Part shown: in pieces, positions 27,027 to 39,594 of the stretch | Layout of the letters: each line of letters starts with the position of its first letter | Numbering within the stretch: position 1 is the first letter of the stretch | Source: Octopus vulgaris | Lineage: Eukaryota | Direction: 5' to 3' | DNA: 64,000 nt | Assembly: GCA_951406725.2 (NCBI GenBank) | Contig: OX597837.1 | Coordinates: 43,648,001-43,712,000, forward strand | The notes under the pieces: model-generated | What the model was told of the DNA's origin: nothing | The model's input: only the letters and a program-made list of their open reading frames with translations | Database searches by the model: none | Program-made: the position numbers and the translations under genes

Positions 27027-27184
27027 TTCGTCTGTCTACGTTCTGAGTTCATATTCCGCCAAGGTCGACTCTGCTTTTAATGCTTTCGGGGTCGATAAAT
27101 TAAGTATCAGTTGCGTACTGGGGTCGATCTAATCGACTAGCTCCCTCTCCCAAAAATTCGGACCTTGTGCCTAGAGTAGAAAAA

Positions 27185-27185
<1 letters not shown>
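27027..27185 (+). mobile_element. SINE family B, 5'-truncated
   Basis: Meta-like block and short tail. Confidence 0.8.
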
Positions 27186-27277
<92 letters not shown>

Positions 27278-27317
27278 TGTATGTATGTATGTATGTATGT
27301 ATGTATGTATGTATGTA

Positions 27318-27350
<33 letters not shown>

Positions 27351-27591
27351 ATGTATGTATATGAGGCCGTAGCACGCAAAACCACTCTATCACTCACACA
27401 TATACATACAGTAATAGGGACATTCATACATACATAAGCCAATGTATATACATTTATCTACGCGTTTAAATCTGAATATATATAAGTGTATTAGTGAATG
27501 TGTGTTCTCAAATGTCTGTCAATCTGTCTCTGTGTATTTATATGTGTGTATAAATACGTATGTATGTATGTTTATATATACATATATATAC

Positions 27592-27629
<38 letters not shown>

Positions 27630-28354
27630 GCATACGTATATAAAAACACACACACAGTCACATATATATGTATATTTGCATGTGACTGTGTGTGTGTTTT
27701 TATATATGTATATATATTTATATGTCAATATATATATATGTATATATGTTTATTTATATATATGTGTGTATATTCAAATGTATCTATGTATATGAGAATG
27801 TATATGTGTGTATGTGTATGTGTGTGTGTGTGTGTGTGTGTAATTACGTAGATTTTTAGTGTATTGGACATTTCAATAGAAATCTCCCTCAAGTTTACCG
27901 ATCTATTAAAGCGGAACAAAAACAAGTCTACAACATTGAATACAACAATTTATTTCTGTCTATCTTCATTGTCAAAATGGAATTAGCAAAAATCACACAC
28001 ACACACACACACAAACGGACTCTCACTCACACACTCACTTTCATACAGGCGCACACATACAAAGCCGTGCGCATGACCTAGAACCTATACGTGGTAGATG
28101 GAGCTACTTGAGACATCAGTCAAATATCACTGAATCACATCATAACCCGTGGGTATTGTCACCTTCTTTGTTGGTTTGTTTACGTCCTCGTAACTTAATG
28201 GTTCGTCAGAAGAGAACCGATAGAATGAATACGTCGTGCCCCAGTATGGCCTCAGTCCATTCACTGAAACAAGCAAAAAAATAAAAGATACCTAAACATC
28301 TTTATTCGATAACAGATCCATTGTTTTATCATTGTAAATAAAATTAAAAAATAA

Positions 28355-28594
28355 ATGCGCCCTTTTAAAGCCTTGCCAGGCTCATGGGCCCGGTTTCAAT
28401 GGCGTATGTGTTCCCCAGCTGGATGGGAGACCAGTCCATCGCAGCGTTACTCATTTTTGCCAGCTGAGTGGACTGGAGCAACGTGAAATGAAGTGTTTTG
28501 CTCAAGAACACAATGCATCGCTCGGTCCAGGAATCGAAACCACAATCTTATGATCATGATTCTGACACCCTAACCACTAAGCCACGTGCTTCCA
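28355..28594 (-). mobile_element. SINE family C variant
   Basis: tRNA-like head gcacgtggcttagtggttaggg...ggtttcgattcc; tail shared with the 10643 copy. Confidence 0.85.
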
Positions 28595-28632
28595 CTTTTA
28601 TCATTATGGTGTATAATATTTCAATATGACTA

Positions 28633-28830
28633 GGCGGCAAGCTGGAGAATCTTTACTACACCGGACTAAAATCCGTTGCGGTATTTCGTCCGTCTTTATG
28701 ATCTGCGTTCAAATTTCGTGGAAATCGACATTGCCTTTTATATTTTTCGAGGGCGATAAAATAAGTACCAGTGGAGAACTGTGGTCGATGTAATCCCCAA
28801 ATTTTCTGGTATTGTGCCAAAATTAGAAAT
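28633..28830 (+). mobile_element. SINE family B, diverged
   Basis: ggcggcaagctggagaatc head and Meta-like block. Confidence 0.75.
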
Positions 28831-29370
28831 CAACGTTTTGCTATGACGTCAGAGATAATGATTTGCGTTATTGTTTTTGTTTTTTTCAGATGATCTATTA
28901 TGTGAGCACGAATTTCACTGAGTCCTCTACTGTGAGAGATCATTTCACAATCAGTAAATAAAGTATCGATGCAGATTAATAGATTGATGAAACTGTCAGG
29001 ACATTGAACCGGGTATTATGGTATATCTGTTTCGAAATTTTTTAAATGCTGAGTTCGAATCACGCTTCCTGCAACCGAAGAATAAAAGAAACGATCGCAA
29101 ATTTATCTGGAGATATGACAGACAAATAGTATCAGCGACGGAAGGCCAAGAGAGACATAGATTGATAGGAAGATCGGCGACAAACACAATCTCTACGATA
29201 CCCACATTATCAATAACATTTGAATCTACGTAGTACAGTCAAGCATTACGTAGAACTGAAATCGTTATACATTTAATACTAATAGAACCTAAGGTATTTG
29301 TGTCACTGGGAGTTAAACACAAACACATACATAACTACATACATACACACATTTATACATACATACATAC

Positions 29371-29585
29371 AGTGTAACCCACTGTACCAATCTTGAGAAA
29401 TTAAGCTTCACAAAACCAGACTGGAGAAAGCTGATTCGAAGCCTACAAATCCAAGTCATCAATGGAACTGTAATAATCTGTAAAACTCTCCAGAAGTTTA
29501 TCGTTTAAGTCCATATGTCTAGACATGCAGCCATATACATGAGAATATATACATTAGACAAAGCATACAAATTTACACATATACC
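29371..29585 (+). mobile_element. RLE-type LINE 3' end in (TACA)n context
   Basis: TNLEKLSFTKPDWRKLIRSLQIQVINGTVIICKTLQKFIV* resembles R4-group C-termini (GTxxIxK); preceded by (taca)n. Confidence 0.55.
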
Positions 29586-29611
29586 TACCTATTTTTTAAT
29601 TTTAATTTTTT

Positions 29612-29772
29612 TTCTTGCCCACAGAGGGCTGTATAACTGGTACTTATTTAATTGACCCCGAAGGGATGAAAGGCAAAGTTAACCACGGCGGAATTTGATC
29701 TCAGAACGTAACGGCAGACGAAGTACCGCTAAGCACTTCGCCCGGCGTGCTAACGTTTCTGCCAGTTCGCCT
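29612..29772 (-). mobile_element. SINE family B, internally deleted
   Basis: Head and Meta-like block on the minus strand. Confidence 0.85.
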
Positions 29773-29807
29773 TTTATTATGAATATATATATACATATAT
29801 ACACACC

Positions 29808-29901
<94 letters not shown>

Positions 29902-30254
29902 CACAAGCACACACATATGTATGTGTACACGCACACACACAAACATATTTATATATATATATATGTCCGTATATGTATGCTCAGATCTATTTGTAAATCT
30001 AAGTTTGTGTGACTAAAAATATGATTGAATTTGTCGTTGTCAGAAAAAATATCTAGTCGGTATTTATATATGTGTTTGTACGTATGTATGAAAATACGCA
30101 AGTATATATGTATGCATATATGTACGTATATATGTATATATGCATCTATGTAAGCATGTATGTGTCTATATATGTATGTATCGATCTATATCTATATTTA
30201 TAAGTATATATGTACATACAGACACATATACATATTCATCTGCACGTGTATATG

Positions 30255-30311
<57 letters not shown>

Positions 30312-30480
30312 GTGCGTGTGTGCGTATGTGTGTACGTGTGTGTGTCTGTCCCTATCCTGTATCTGCCAATGAGTGTCGTCTCCAGCTTCTCTTACCATAA
30401 ATAATATATATTTTATGGTCCATTTCAAACTTGGAAAGAATCGCAAGATGACGTCTTTTCAATTAATGCAGTATCTCACA

Positions 30481-30554
<74 letters not shown>

Positions 30555-30564
30555 TATTTGTATG

Positions 30565-30622
<58 letters not shown>

Positions 30623-30640
30623 TACATAGATAGATAGAAT

Positions 30641-30717
<77 letters not shown>

Positions 30718-30924
30718 AACAACACAACATTTCGAAATAAACCCTGATCTAAGATGACGTGTAGATGGATCAATTTCATTAGGCCAAGCTTATATATCTT
30801 TGTAGTTTGGTCTTAAATTTTTCAATGAAACGCGAGCAATGATATATTTTTAGAACTCTCTTCTCTTACATACATACATACATACATACACACTTGCATA
30901 CATACATGTGTACATACATACATG

Positions 30925-31422
30925 GTAGGCACTCCGTCGGTTACAACGCCGAGGGTTCCAGTTGATCCGATCAACAAATTAACGTGCAAGTGGCTGAGCA
31001 CTCCACAGACACGTGTAGCCTTAACGTAGTTCTCGAGGAGATTCAGTGTGAAATACAGGTACAACATAAATAGAAAGAGAGATTGAGAGAAAGCTGTGGT
31101 GAAATAATACAGCAAGGTTCGCCTCGTGGAACTTTAGGTGTTTCCGTTCAATAAACACTCATAATGCCCGGTCTGTGAATCGAAACCGCCTTCCTACGAC
31201 CTCGAGTTTGCTGCCCTAACCACACATCGCCCGGTCTGAGATTCGCACCTGTGATCCCCCGACCACGAGTCCGCTCAATAAACACTCATAATGCCCGGTC
31301 TGTGAATGGAAACCGCCATCCTACGACCTCGAGTCTGCTGCCCTAACCACACATCGCCCGGTATGAGATTCGAACCTGTGATCCCTCGACCACGAGTCCG
31401 CTGCTCTAACCACAAGCCTCCA
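30925..31422 (-). mobile_element. SINE family C with tandemly duplicated head region
   Basis: A unit of about 127 bp (caataaacactcataatgcccggtctgtgaat...) occurs twice; tail as in the 47227 copy. Confidence 0.85.
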
Positions 31423-31834
31423 CATTTCTTATATTACTTGTTGCTTTTCTTTAAAAGTCTACGACGTCTTATTGGTTTTAATGTATCGCTGAAGAACATT
31501 AGGCAGCCACCGTGTTATAAATACATGTTTGCAGTTTCAAATGATACGATACGATCATGTAACATGCAAAACCACTTAGAGACAAGAGCCAATAACGACA
31601 AGACAAATCACTGGTGTATCTTTGAAGAATTGCATGAAGATCTTTGAACAAGAAAAGCACAGAACCACTGGCTCAATAGCGTCTGGAGTGGAAAAACCAT
31701 TTATTTGCTTACTATGATATTTGAAAAACCATTCCTGTGCTTGGAAGTTCATTGATTTTCGAAAGTCTCTTTGCGTGCATTAAAACATTTTATGTTTTAG
31801 ATAAAAGCACACAAACACACACACACACACACAG

Positions 31835-31911
<77 letters not shown>

Positions 31912-31989
31912 AATATATATGTATAGATACACGCACATATAAGTTATGTATGCATATGTATGCATGTATGTACGTGTGTGTGTATGTAT

Positions 31990-32147
31990 GTGTGGCATCT
32001 TGTCTTCTACTATGGCCTCGAGACGAACAAGTAACGATCTTATGAGTGGACTTGATAGACGGAAACTGAAAGAAGCCCGTCGTGTATGTCTATATGTATA
32101 TATATATATATACTTATATGTATATATGGGTTTGTGTATGTATATAC

Positions 32148-32186
<39 letters not shown>

Positions 32187-32345
32187 CTTCACACCCAGTA
32201 TCGGTATGTTTACGTCTCCTTAACCAAGCGATTCGGCAAACAGAATCCGATAGAATAAGTATCAGTTTTTCAAAGTCATGAGATCTTATTTGTTCGACAT
32301 CAACCCGTCAAGGCCCCAGCTTGGCCACAGTCCAAGTAAAATATA
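31990..32345 (+). mobile_element. SINE family A, diverged and 5'-truncated
   Basis: gatagacggaaactgaaagaagcccgtcg, ccgatagaataagta. Confidence 0.8.
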
Positions 32346-32473
32346 AAGAATACAGAGAAATGAGGACAGTATGATTGTCATCGTTACTCCGTGACTCTCT
32401 GAGACAGTTTTATAGCGTTTTAAGTAGCTTAGTCAATGGCCGGTTGTTGCCAGGTTTGACATATTATGTCCTT

Positions 32474-32900
32474 GGATCTTTTCGGTTTGAACGGCAGTTT
32501 TTTCTAGCGTTGTCATATGAAATTGTCACCCATAATTATGACCCTAGTATCGATCTATTGCATTTCAATCTGTTTTAGGGTTAGGGTTAGTTAGTGTTAG
32601 GGTTAGGGTATCTTTTTTTCTTCACAAATGTAAATGAAACCCAATCTGTTTCTTAAACGAGGGACATATTCATACGGCACAGAATGTTTTTTTTTTTACC
32701 TCAATGGACGTCAGTGATTGGTTGAAATTGCAGAAATTGAAGAAAAACAACGACAAATATCTTACAAACAATCGAATTTTCTCAATAAAGCCAAGAGAAA
32801 AAGATGTTTTATAAATCACATTCTACCAATATACGAAGTTTAAAACTTTTTAGTTACCTAGAAATTATGTTAAAAACTGCCGTTCAAACCGAATAGATCC
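32474..32900. mobile_element. MITE with ~29-bp TIRs, 8-bp TSD and internal TTAGGG repeats
   Basis: ggatcttttcggtttgaacggcagttttt ... aaaaactgccgttcaaaccgaatagatcc; flanks atgtcctt / ctgtcctt; TTAGGG-like units at 32575-32608. Confidence 0.9.
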
Positions 32901-32904
32901 CTGT

Positions 32905-33625
32905 CCTTTAGAATTTGAAATATGTCACAATATTTTAACTAACATCAAGTCCATTTATTCCTTATCGCTGCTTAGTATTGATTCCATTGCCTTTATTCCG
33001 ACAAGGCCGTCCGCGGGCGGCGCAACTCTGACATTGATTTTGATTGTTCTAAGATAAAATTACAGCTTTCACATCTGCTCCAGTTATCTCTCTGCAACAT
33101 CTTCTCCCTAGGAAGACTAAAGAATCGTAAACGTGTCAGGGAGCCTGCTAGGAGGTAGATGCTGAGCAGATATCGTGTTTTACACCTTTCACCATAAGCG
33201 TGAATATTTTCGTCACAGTAACTTCACCGAATTTGCCTTTAGAAGTTGAAATATATAGCAGAAATACTTTATCTAACCTTAAAGTTTGTTTATTCCCCAT
33301 CGGTTGCTTAGCACTGTTGCTACTTTATTATTCCGATCGGACGGTCCGCGAGCGCAATTCTGTCACTCATATTGATTGTTCTAAGTTAAAGCAAAAGTTT
33401 TAGAATCTGCTCGCGTTATCTCTCATCGGTATCTCTGTCACCGAGAAATGCTAAAGAGCCGAAAATGCGTATGGAAATCCGCTCAGTGGACTTGATACTG
33501 AAGAGATATGGCGTTTTACACCTTTCCCCAGAAGCGAGAAATTTGTCACCATACTAACAGCAGCGAATTTGCCATCAGAAGCTTACCTGAAGTTCCTTTA
33601 TTCCTCATCACTGCTTAGCGTTGAC
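32905..33625. repeat. Diverged tandem repeat, period about 332 bp, about 2.2 units
   Basis: cctttagaa.ttgaaatat at 32905 and 33236; attgattgttctaag, gttatctctc and gttttacacctttc each occur twice; tttattcc..atc..tgcttag occurs three times. Confidence 0.8.
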
Positions 33626-33646
33626 GCTCTTCGTCTTTTAGACATT

Positions 33647-34151
33647 CTTTTAGTCTCTTATTCTTTCACTTGCTTCGGTCGTATTACTGCGGCCATGCTG
33701 GAGCACCGCTTTTAGAGGTTCCAGTCGAAGAAATCGAGCCCAGGACTTATTCCACGAAATAAGCCAAGCACTTATTGTAGCTGTCTCTTATATTTGAAAA
33801 TCTTTAATCTGTCGAACAGTGACAAGGATAAAACTCTAATTTAGCGCTGATGCTGCCATTGTATCTAGTGGAAAACTCAGGTTTTTCAGAAATAACACAG
33901 GATCTCCAGAGTTGGGGGCAGGATTTGGGTGGGGGACAAACACAGACACACAAACATATACACACACATACATATATATACATATATACGACGGGCTTCT
34001 TTCAGTTTCCGTCTACCAAATCCACTCACAAAGCTTTGGTTGGCCCGAGGCTATAATAGAAGACACTTGCCCAAAGTGCCACGCAGTGGGACTGAACCCA
34101 TAATCATGTGGTTGGTAAGCAAGCTACTTACCACACAGCCATTCCTACGCC
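33647..34151 (-). mobile_element. SINE family A, with an unrelated segment at about 33795-33930
   Basis: Head at 33930-34151 and tail at 33647-33790, both on the minus strand. Confidence 0.8.
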
Positions 34152-34317
34152 TACATCATTAGCAATTTACTAGAGAGAAGCTTCTAATAGAAGTTTATCT
34201 CTTGTACAATGTAGGTGAGATAATTGTACTCTAGTATCTTACTACAGATGAGCATTCCATGGTGGATAGCGGAACCATTTGTGGTAAATTCAGCTGACCG
34301 TGATCTTAACTTATATG

Positions 34318-34729
34318 GTATGGGATGTTTTGGCGTAGCAGTTTTGGTGCTGCTTATTTGGCGTCGCTGATGCGACGCTGACTTACTTGACATATGCTTT
34401 AATGCTTTTCTCGTCATTTCCCCTTTCTTATCTCTCTCTCTCACACACACACACACACTGAGTTTTCTCTCCCTCACTGGTTACGTGTGAAAACATATTT
34501 CTCTTTGCGTATGAGGGAATGTGGTTATATCAATGTTGTTTTGTTAATAATTAGCAATTTCTCACTCTCCATCCCTGTATCTATCTTTATGTGTATATCT
34601 ATGGTCGCGTACGTGTGTGCATCTGCTTGCATCCAGTGACAAAATCTACTGTCACCAAAACATGCTGAACATCCAGTCAGCCAAGTCAGATCGTCAGCGC
34701 CGAAACTGCTACACCTTAGTGTCTCATAC
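34318..34729. mobile_element. Old MITE-like element with degenerate TIRs
   Basis: gtatgggatgttttggcgtagcagttttggtgctg vs cagcgccgaaactgctacaccttagtgtctcatac; second copy at 13741. Confidence 0.6.
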
Positions 34730-35270
34730 TGTAACTTATAAAATGGCGACATTCCAGTCTCCAACGAATGAAACCACCACCACAAAATCCAAATATAATT
34801 TACAGTGAAAATAATGAAATTATTAGCAAACTTCTACTTTTCTCAAGGAAAGTAAATTTGTATTCACTGCTTTTTCTATATATTATCTAGTTTAATCTCG
34901 TTTTAGTATGGTAGCTTACCTACAATGAAAACTCGCAACTGCTTTGATATTGCAAGTAGAGATTATCTTTGAAAACACTGCTGACAGATACTGAAATTTT
35001 CGATAATTTTCTTCCACCCGCCTGAAGCCCTAGCAGAATACAATGCCAATCATATGAACATTTTGGCTAATGTTTAATATTTTCGAAAACTGCATTGTTG
35101 TTTCAAACATGAAATACAGATTATTAAAGGAATTTTTGCCTGTCACAAATTTTTCAATGAATATTAGCCTCGCTGTGAAACATAAAACTGGATTTATATC
35201 TTAAATATAAGAAAAAAAAATGATTATCCATCAACATCGGTCCATCATCAACCAATCTATCTTCTTCGAT

Positions 35271-35616
35271 ATTTGCAAAAAAAAAAAAAGAAATATAACA
35301 TGTGACTTCACTGACCGAGGTTACCGTGGTCTTTTCCGTAGGCTTTTCTTTCCACGGGTAAACCTCACCTGTCCTCCCCTTTACACTTCATATTGACATT
35401 TCTGTGATAACGATCCCTATTGATCCAATTTTTTTCCCTTTCCCTTCCCCGCTTTTTTTTTTGCTTTTATCCCCCCTTTTTTTTGTCCTCTTTCTTTCCA
35501 TTTATGATCCCTTTTGATCGAAAACCAAACTCCCTTCTTTTACCCCCAAAAGAAAAGCTCTACCTTGTAATTTTGTCCTGTCTGTGTGCAGCCCTGTGTG
35601 GCTAATAAAGAAACAC
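35271..35616 (+). mobile_element. 5'-truncated retroposed 3' UTR (L1/Tx1-like?) with 12-bp TSD
   Basis: TSD atcttcttcgat at 35259 and 35617; pyrimidine-rich body ending in AATAAAGAAA; last ~45 nt resemble the SINE B long tail. Confidence 0.75.
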
Positions 35617-36158
35617 ATCTTCTTCGATCACTATTCTTGCGACGGTCAGGGAGTAGAGTTCTCAGACACTTTCCCTAAAGAGTCCTATCAGAAGCAACAC
35701 TCATTACACTTTCCGGCTGAATTCACAAGCATGAATCATCTGTGATTACCGATATTATATAACCATTTCGTTTTTGGCCAACCTCTGTGTGTATATTCAA
35801 ATGTATCTCGACCTACAGAATCCGTCTTGCAATTCTTTCCTGTGACACGTTTTAATCGCTATTATTCAAATTAGACTGGCTGGTCGATCCTGCGGAGCCC
35901 TTGCTTACGCTGGCTATAAATTGCTTACAAGAAGTACATCGCAGTACGGAGACAGTTTTAGTATTTATGCTTGTTGGGTCCCAGAATAGAGATGAATCTA
36001 ATCAGATTAGTCTCAGATATTCTGCTCAAGGAGAGAAACAAGCATTTTCCAAGTATTTTTTATTTATGGATGGGGTTAAGGGTTTAATTACACTCTACAT
36101 GAAAAAAAACCCAAAATCATTCAAGCTTTAATTAACCTAAGTATGGTGTATCACTGAT

Positions 36159-36218
<60 letters not shown>

Positions 36219-36249
36219 TGCTTCATATTTATTAATGTTTTGTGAAAGT

Positions 36250-36790
36250 TTGTGGTTTAGTGGTAAGGTTTAGTGGTAAGGCGGCGAGCTGGCAGAAACG
36301 TTAGCAAACCGGGCGAAATGCGTAGCCGTATTTCGTCTGCCGTTACGTTGTGAGTTCAAATTCCGCCGAGGTCGATTTTGCCTTTCATCCTTTCGGGGTC
36401 GATAAATTAAGTACCAGTTACGAAGTGGGGTCGATATAATCGACTTAATACCTATGTCTGTCCTTGTTTGTCCTCTCTATGTTTAGCCCCTTGTGGGTAA
36501 TAAAGAAATAGGTAAGGTGTTGTGCACTCATGATTGCGAGATCGTGGGTTCGCTTCCAAGACCGGGCGTGGCCTTGTGTTCTTGAACAAAGCACTTCATT
36601 TCACGTTGCTCTGCAATCATTACGTCATCTGACATGTGGCACCCAGTTGCACCTGTACAGGTAATGTCAATTCGATGAAGGGACTGAACTTATCTCTACA
36701 CAAACGTTTGATAAACAAATCATCTGTGTGCTTATTCGGTAAGGAATTGTCGAACCCCCATACTTCATCTATCGACGAGAGAACCAATCA

Positions 36791-36792
<2 letters not shown>
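36250..36792 (+). mobile_element. SINE family C-like copy interrupted by a SINE B insertion (36280-36512)
   Basis: A-box gtggtttagtggtaagg is split and resumes at 36511 (ggtaaggtgttg...ggttcgcttcc); full SINE B lies between. Confidence 0.8.
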
Positions 36793-36826
<34 letters not shown>

Positions 36827-37115
36827 CAAATAGAACAATTACGCCTATATGGATGAGGTACAAACGTAAGGTAAATGCAAGCTCAAATGATTTTAATAGT
36901 ACACATATTGCTCTCATTGTAGAAAGTAGACACTGTGCCAAACCACTGATTTTTGTCTCCGTTATCAAAACAAAAACAAAAAAAAAGAGAGACGAATTTG
37001 ATTAGTTTCATAATTTATTAATGCTTCATATTCTGCTTGTAGATAGAAAAGCCTACAGTTTACCTACACTTAGATATACTTGCATCAATAAAGGCTCATA
37101 ATTATTTTTTTATAC

Positions 37116-37209
<94 letters not shown>

Positions 37210-37451
37210 GTGTGGACGCACGCACACACACATATGTACGTCATAACAGTGTGGAACGCATATATTCGCCATTCGAAAACACACAGAGCTGTTTACTTCA
37301 GTTAAACATTTATTCTTTGGTGTCAAAATTTCCGTCGCACTAACATCAAATAATTAATGTTTAAGTGAATTTAACAGTTTTTGTGCGCTTTTCAATGGCA
37401 AATATGTGTCTTCCACGCTGTAATTGCTTTAGGTTCAACACGCCGTCTAGA

Positions 37452-37751
<300 letters not shown>

Positions 37752-37844
37752 TGGAAGATCAAATTGTTTTATATATATATATATATATATTACATATATC
37801 TAAATATATATATTGCATACATCTAAATATATATGTGTGTGATT

Positions 37845-37877
<33 letters not shown>

Positions 37878-38649
37878 ATGTGTGTGTTTGTATGTGTATA
37901 TATATATATATATATACACACACATATGTTTATCTATCACTCTACATGTTTATTTCTCTTTCTCACTGTATATATATATATATATATGCATACATTCATA
38001 CATAAATAAATACATACATACATAAATACATACATACATGCATACATACATACATTCATAAATTATATAATGAGGCGCAGAAGTGAAAATCAAATTGTCG
38101 CCATGATATTAAAATATCCTTAGATGATGGAGACCAAATACATTTTAAAACATTTGAATAAATTAGACTCCTACTTTGTATCATATTAAAACGAATTCCA
38201 GAGGGAAGTATGGTATATTTTCAGTCTACGCCACTTACATTTCCTAAGAACTTTCTTTATCAAAAATCGAGTTTATGTTTCAAATTCCAAGCTCTACTCT
38301 GCGTAAGTTGTATGTCTGACGCAGCATAAAATACACGTTAACCGCCAAGAAAATTTCTCTGCTAGTCTAAGTAAAACTTTCTGTTACAGTTGTATTTGTA
38401 TCATTATTTTATAAATATTTTCCAAATTTTCATTGCATTACATACTCTTTTACTCTTTTACTTGTTTCAGTCACTTGATTGCCACCATGCTGGTGCACCG
38501 CCTTTAATCGAGTTGCCCATAGCGTTCCATTGGCAAAGTAATGCTTCACCCTGCCACCCAAAGACCCAGGTCACAAATTTGACAAATGCTGCACTTAGGG
38601 GAAGAATTCATGTTCGGGATTTCATTCGGAATACAAATTCTGATGTGGG

Positions 38650-38935
38650 CCCCGTTCACATGTGGTCCTCGTTCACACATAGTTCTCGTTCATACGTGGT
38701 TCTCGTTCACAAGTGGTCTCCTCGTTCACACATGGTTTTAGTTCACATGTGGTCCCCGTTCAAACGTTGTTCTCGTACACGTGCTCCTTGTTTACACGTA
38801 TTTCTCGTTCGCACGTAGTTCTCGTTCACGTGCAGTCCTCGTTCACGCGTGGTCCTCGTTCACACGTGGTTCACGTTTACATATGGTCCTCGTTCACATG
38901 TGGGTCTCTTTCACATGTGGTCTTGGTGCACATGC
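38650..38935. repeat. 17-bp minisatellite, consensus about CCTCGTTCACAYGTGGT, about 17 units
   Basis: Direct reading of degenerate tandem units. Confidence 0.9.
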
Positions 38936-38974
38936 ATACACATTTTGGAATAGCATGAACCACAGCACCTCACC

Positions 38975-39100
38975 TTGCCGTTAATTGACGACTGTCACAG
39001 AGGATTCGCTAACCTACTATCCGCTGATCATCCGAACATACATAACCTGCTCATAAAGTACCATCATGTCCACAATAATGCGGGAATTCAGGCCACAGCT
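38975..39100 (+). pseudogene. Possible MULE transposase relic
   Basis: IDDCHRGFANLLSADHPNIHNLL resembles the MULE C-terminal motif EGWHxxFxxLxxxxHPxIWKxI. Confidence 0.5.
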
Positions 39101-39190
39101 CTTATGAAGCGACAACATAATCCTTCCACCGTTTCAGTTCGGAAGGCTCTGATAAAATTCATGAGCGTTATTCTTCCACTTCTCGTTAAA

Positions 39191-39594
39191 TCTATATATA
39201 TATATAAAGCTGAAGTTGTCTGTGTGTGTGTGGCAGGTTTGGCAGCCTTCAACTAACACTATCTCCTCCGAGACCCTGCAGTTCAAGTTGACCAAAATTG
39301 AGAGTATGATAGAAGAAGACCTGCTCTTTATTACGTAGAAGAAAAATTCAAATCGGACCATTTTAACACCAAAAATTATTTACATCAAAAAGGTGATTTC
39401 TTTTCTTTGAAAATCCCAATTTTTTACGATTTTTTTGACTGGTGTGTCGCCATTTTTGGTGCATTTCAACCAGAAAAATGTTCACTTAAAGAGAATAACA
39501 AGCTACATAATGCAAAATTTTTACTTTTCGAAAATTCCAATTCTAAAGGGTCGAAAAGAAAACAAACCTGAGCAACGCTGGGCTATACTGCTAG
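39191..39594 (+). mobile_element. Non-autonomous Helitron
   Basis: 5' A|TCTATATATATATATAAAG; 3' subterminal imperfect hairpin cctgagcaacgctggg followed by CTAG|T; no TSD. Confidence 0.85.

Noticed and set aside
32575-32608. Chromosome end or telomere fusion
   Set aside because: Only about six units, located inside a TIR-bounded element.
34247-34290. Small exon (ag...gt bounded)
   Set aside because: It shows partial similarity to the flank of the 13.7-kb repeat copy, so it is probably repeat-derived.
38650-38935. CRISPR-like array
   Set aside because: Contiguous tandem units without spacers, eukaryotic context, and no cas genes.
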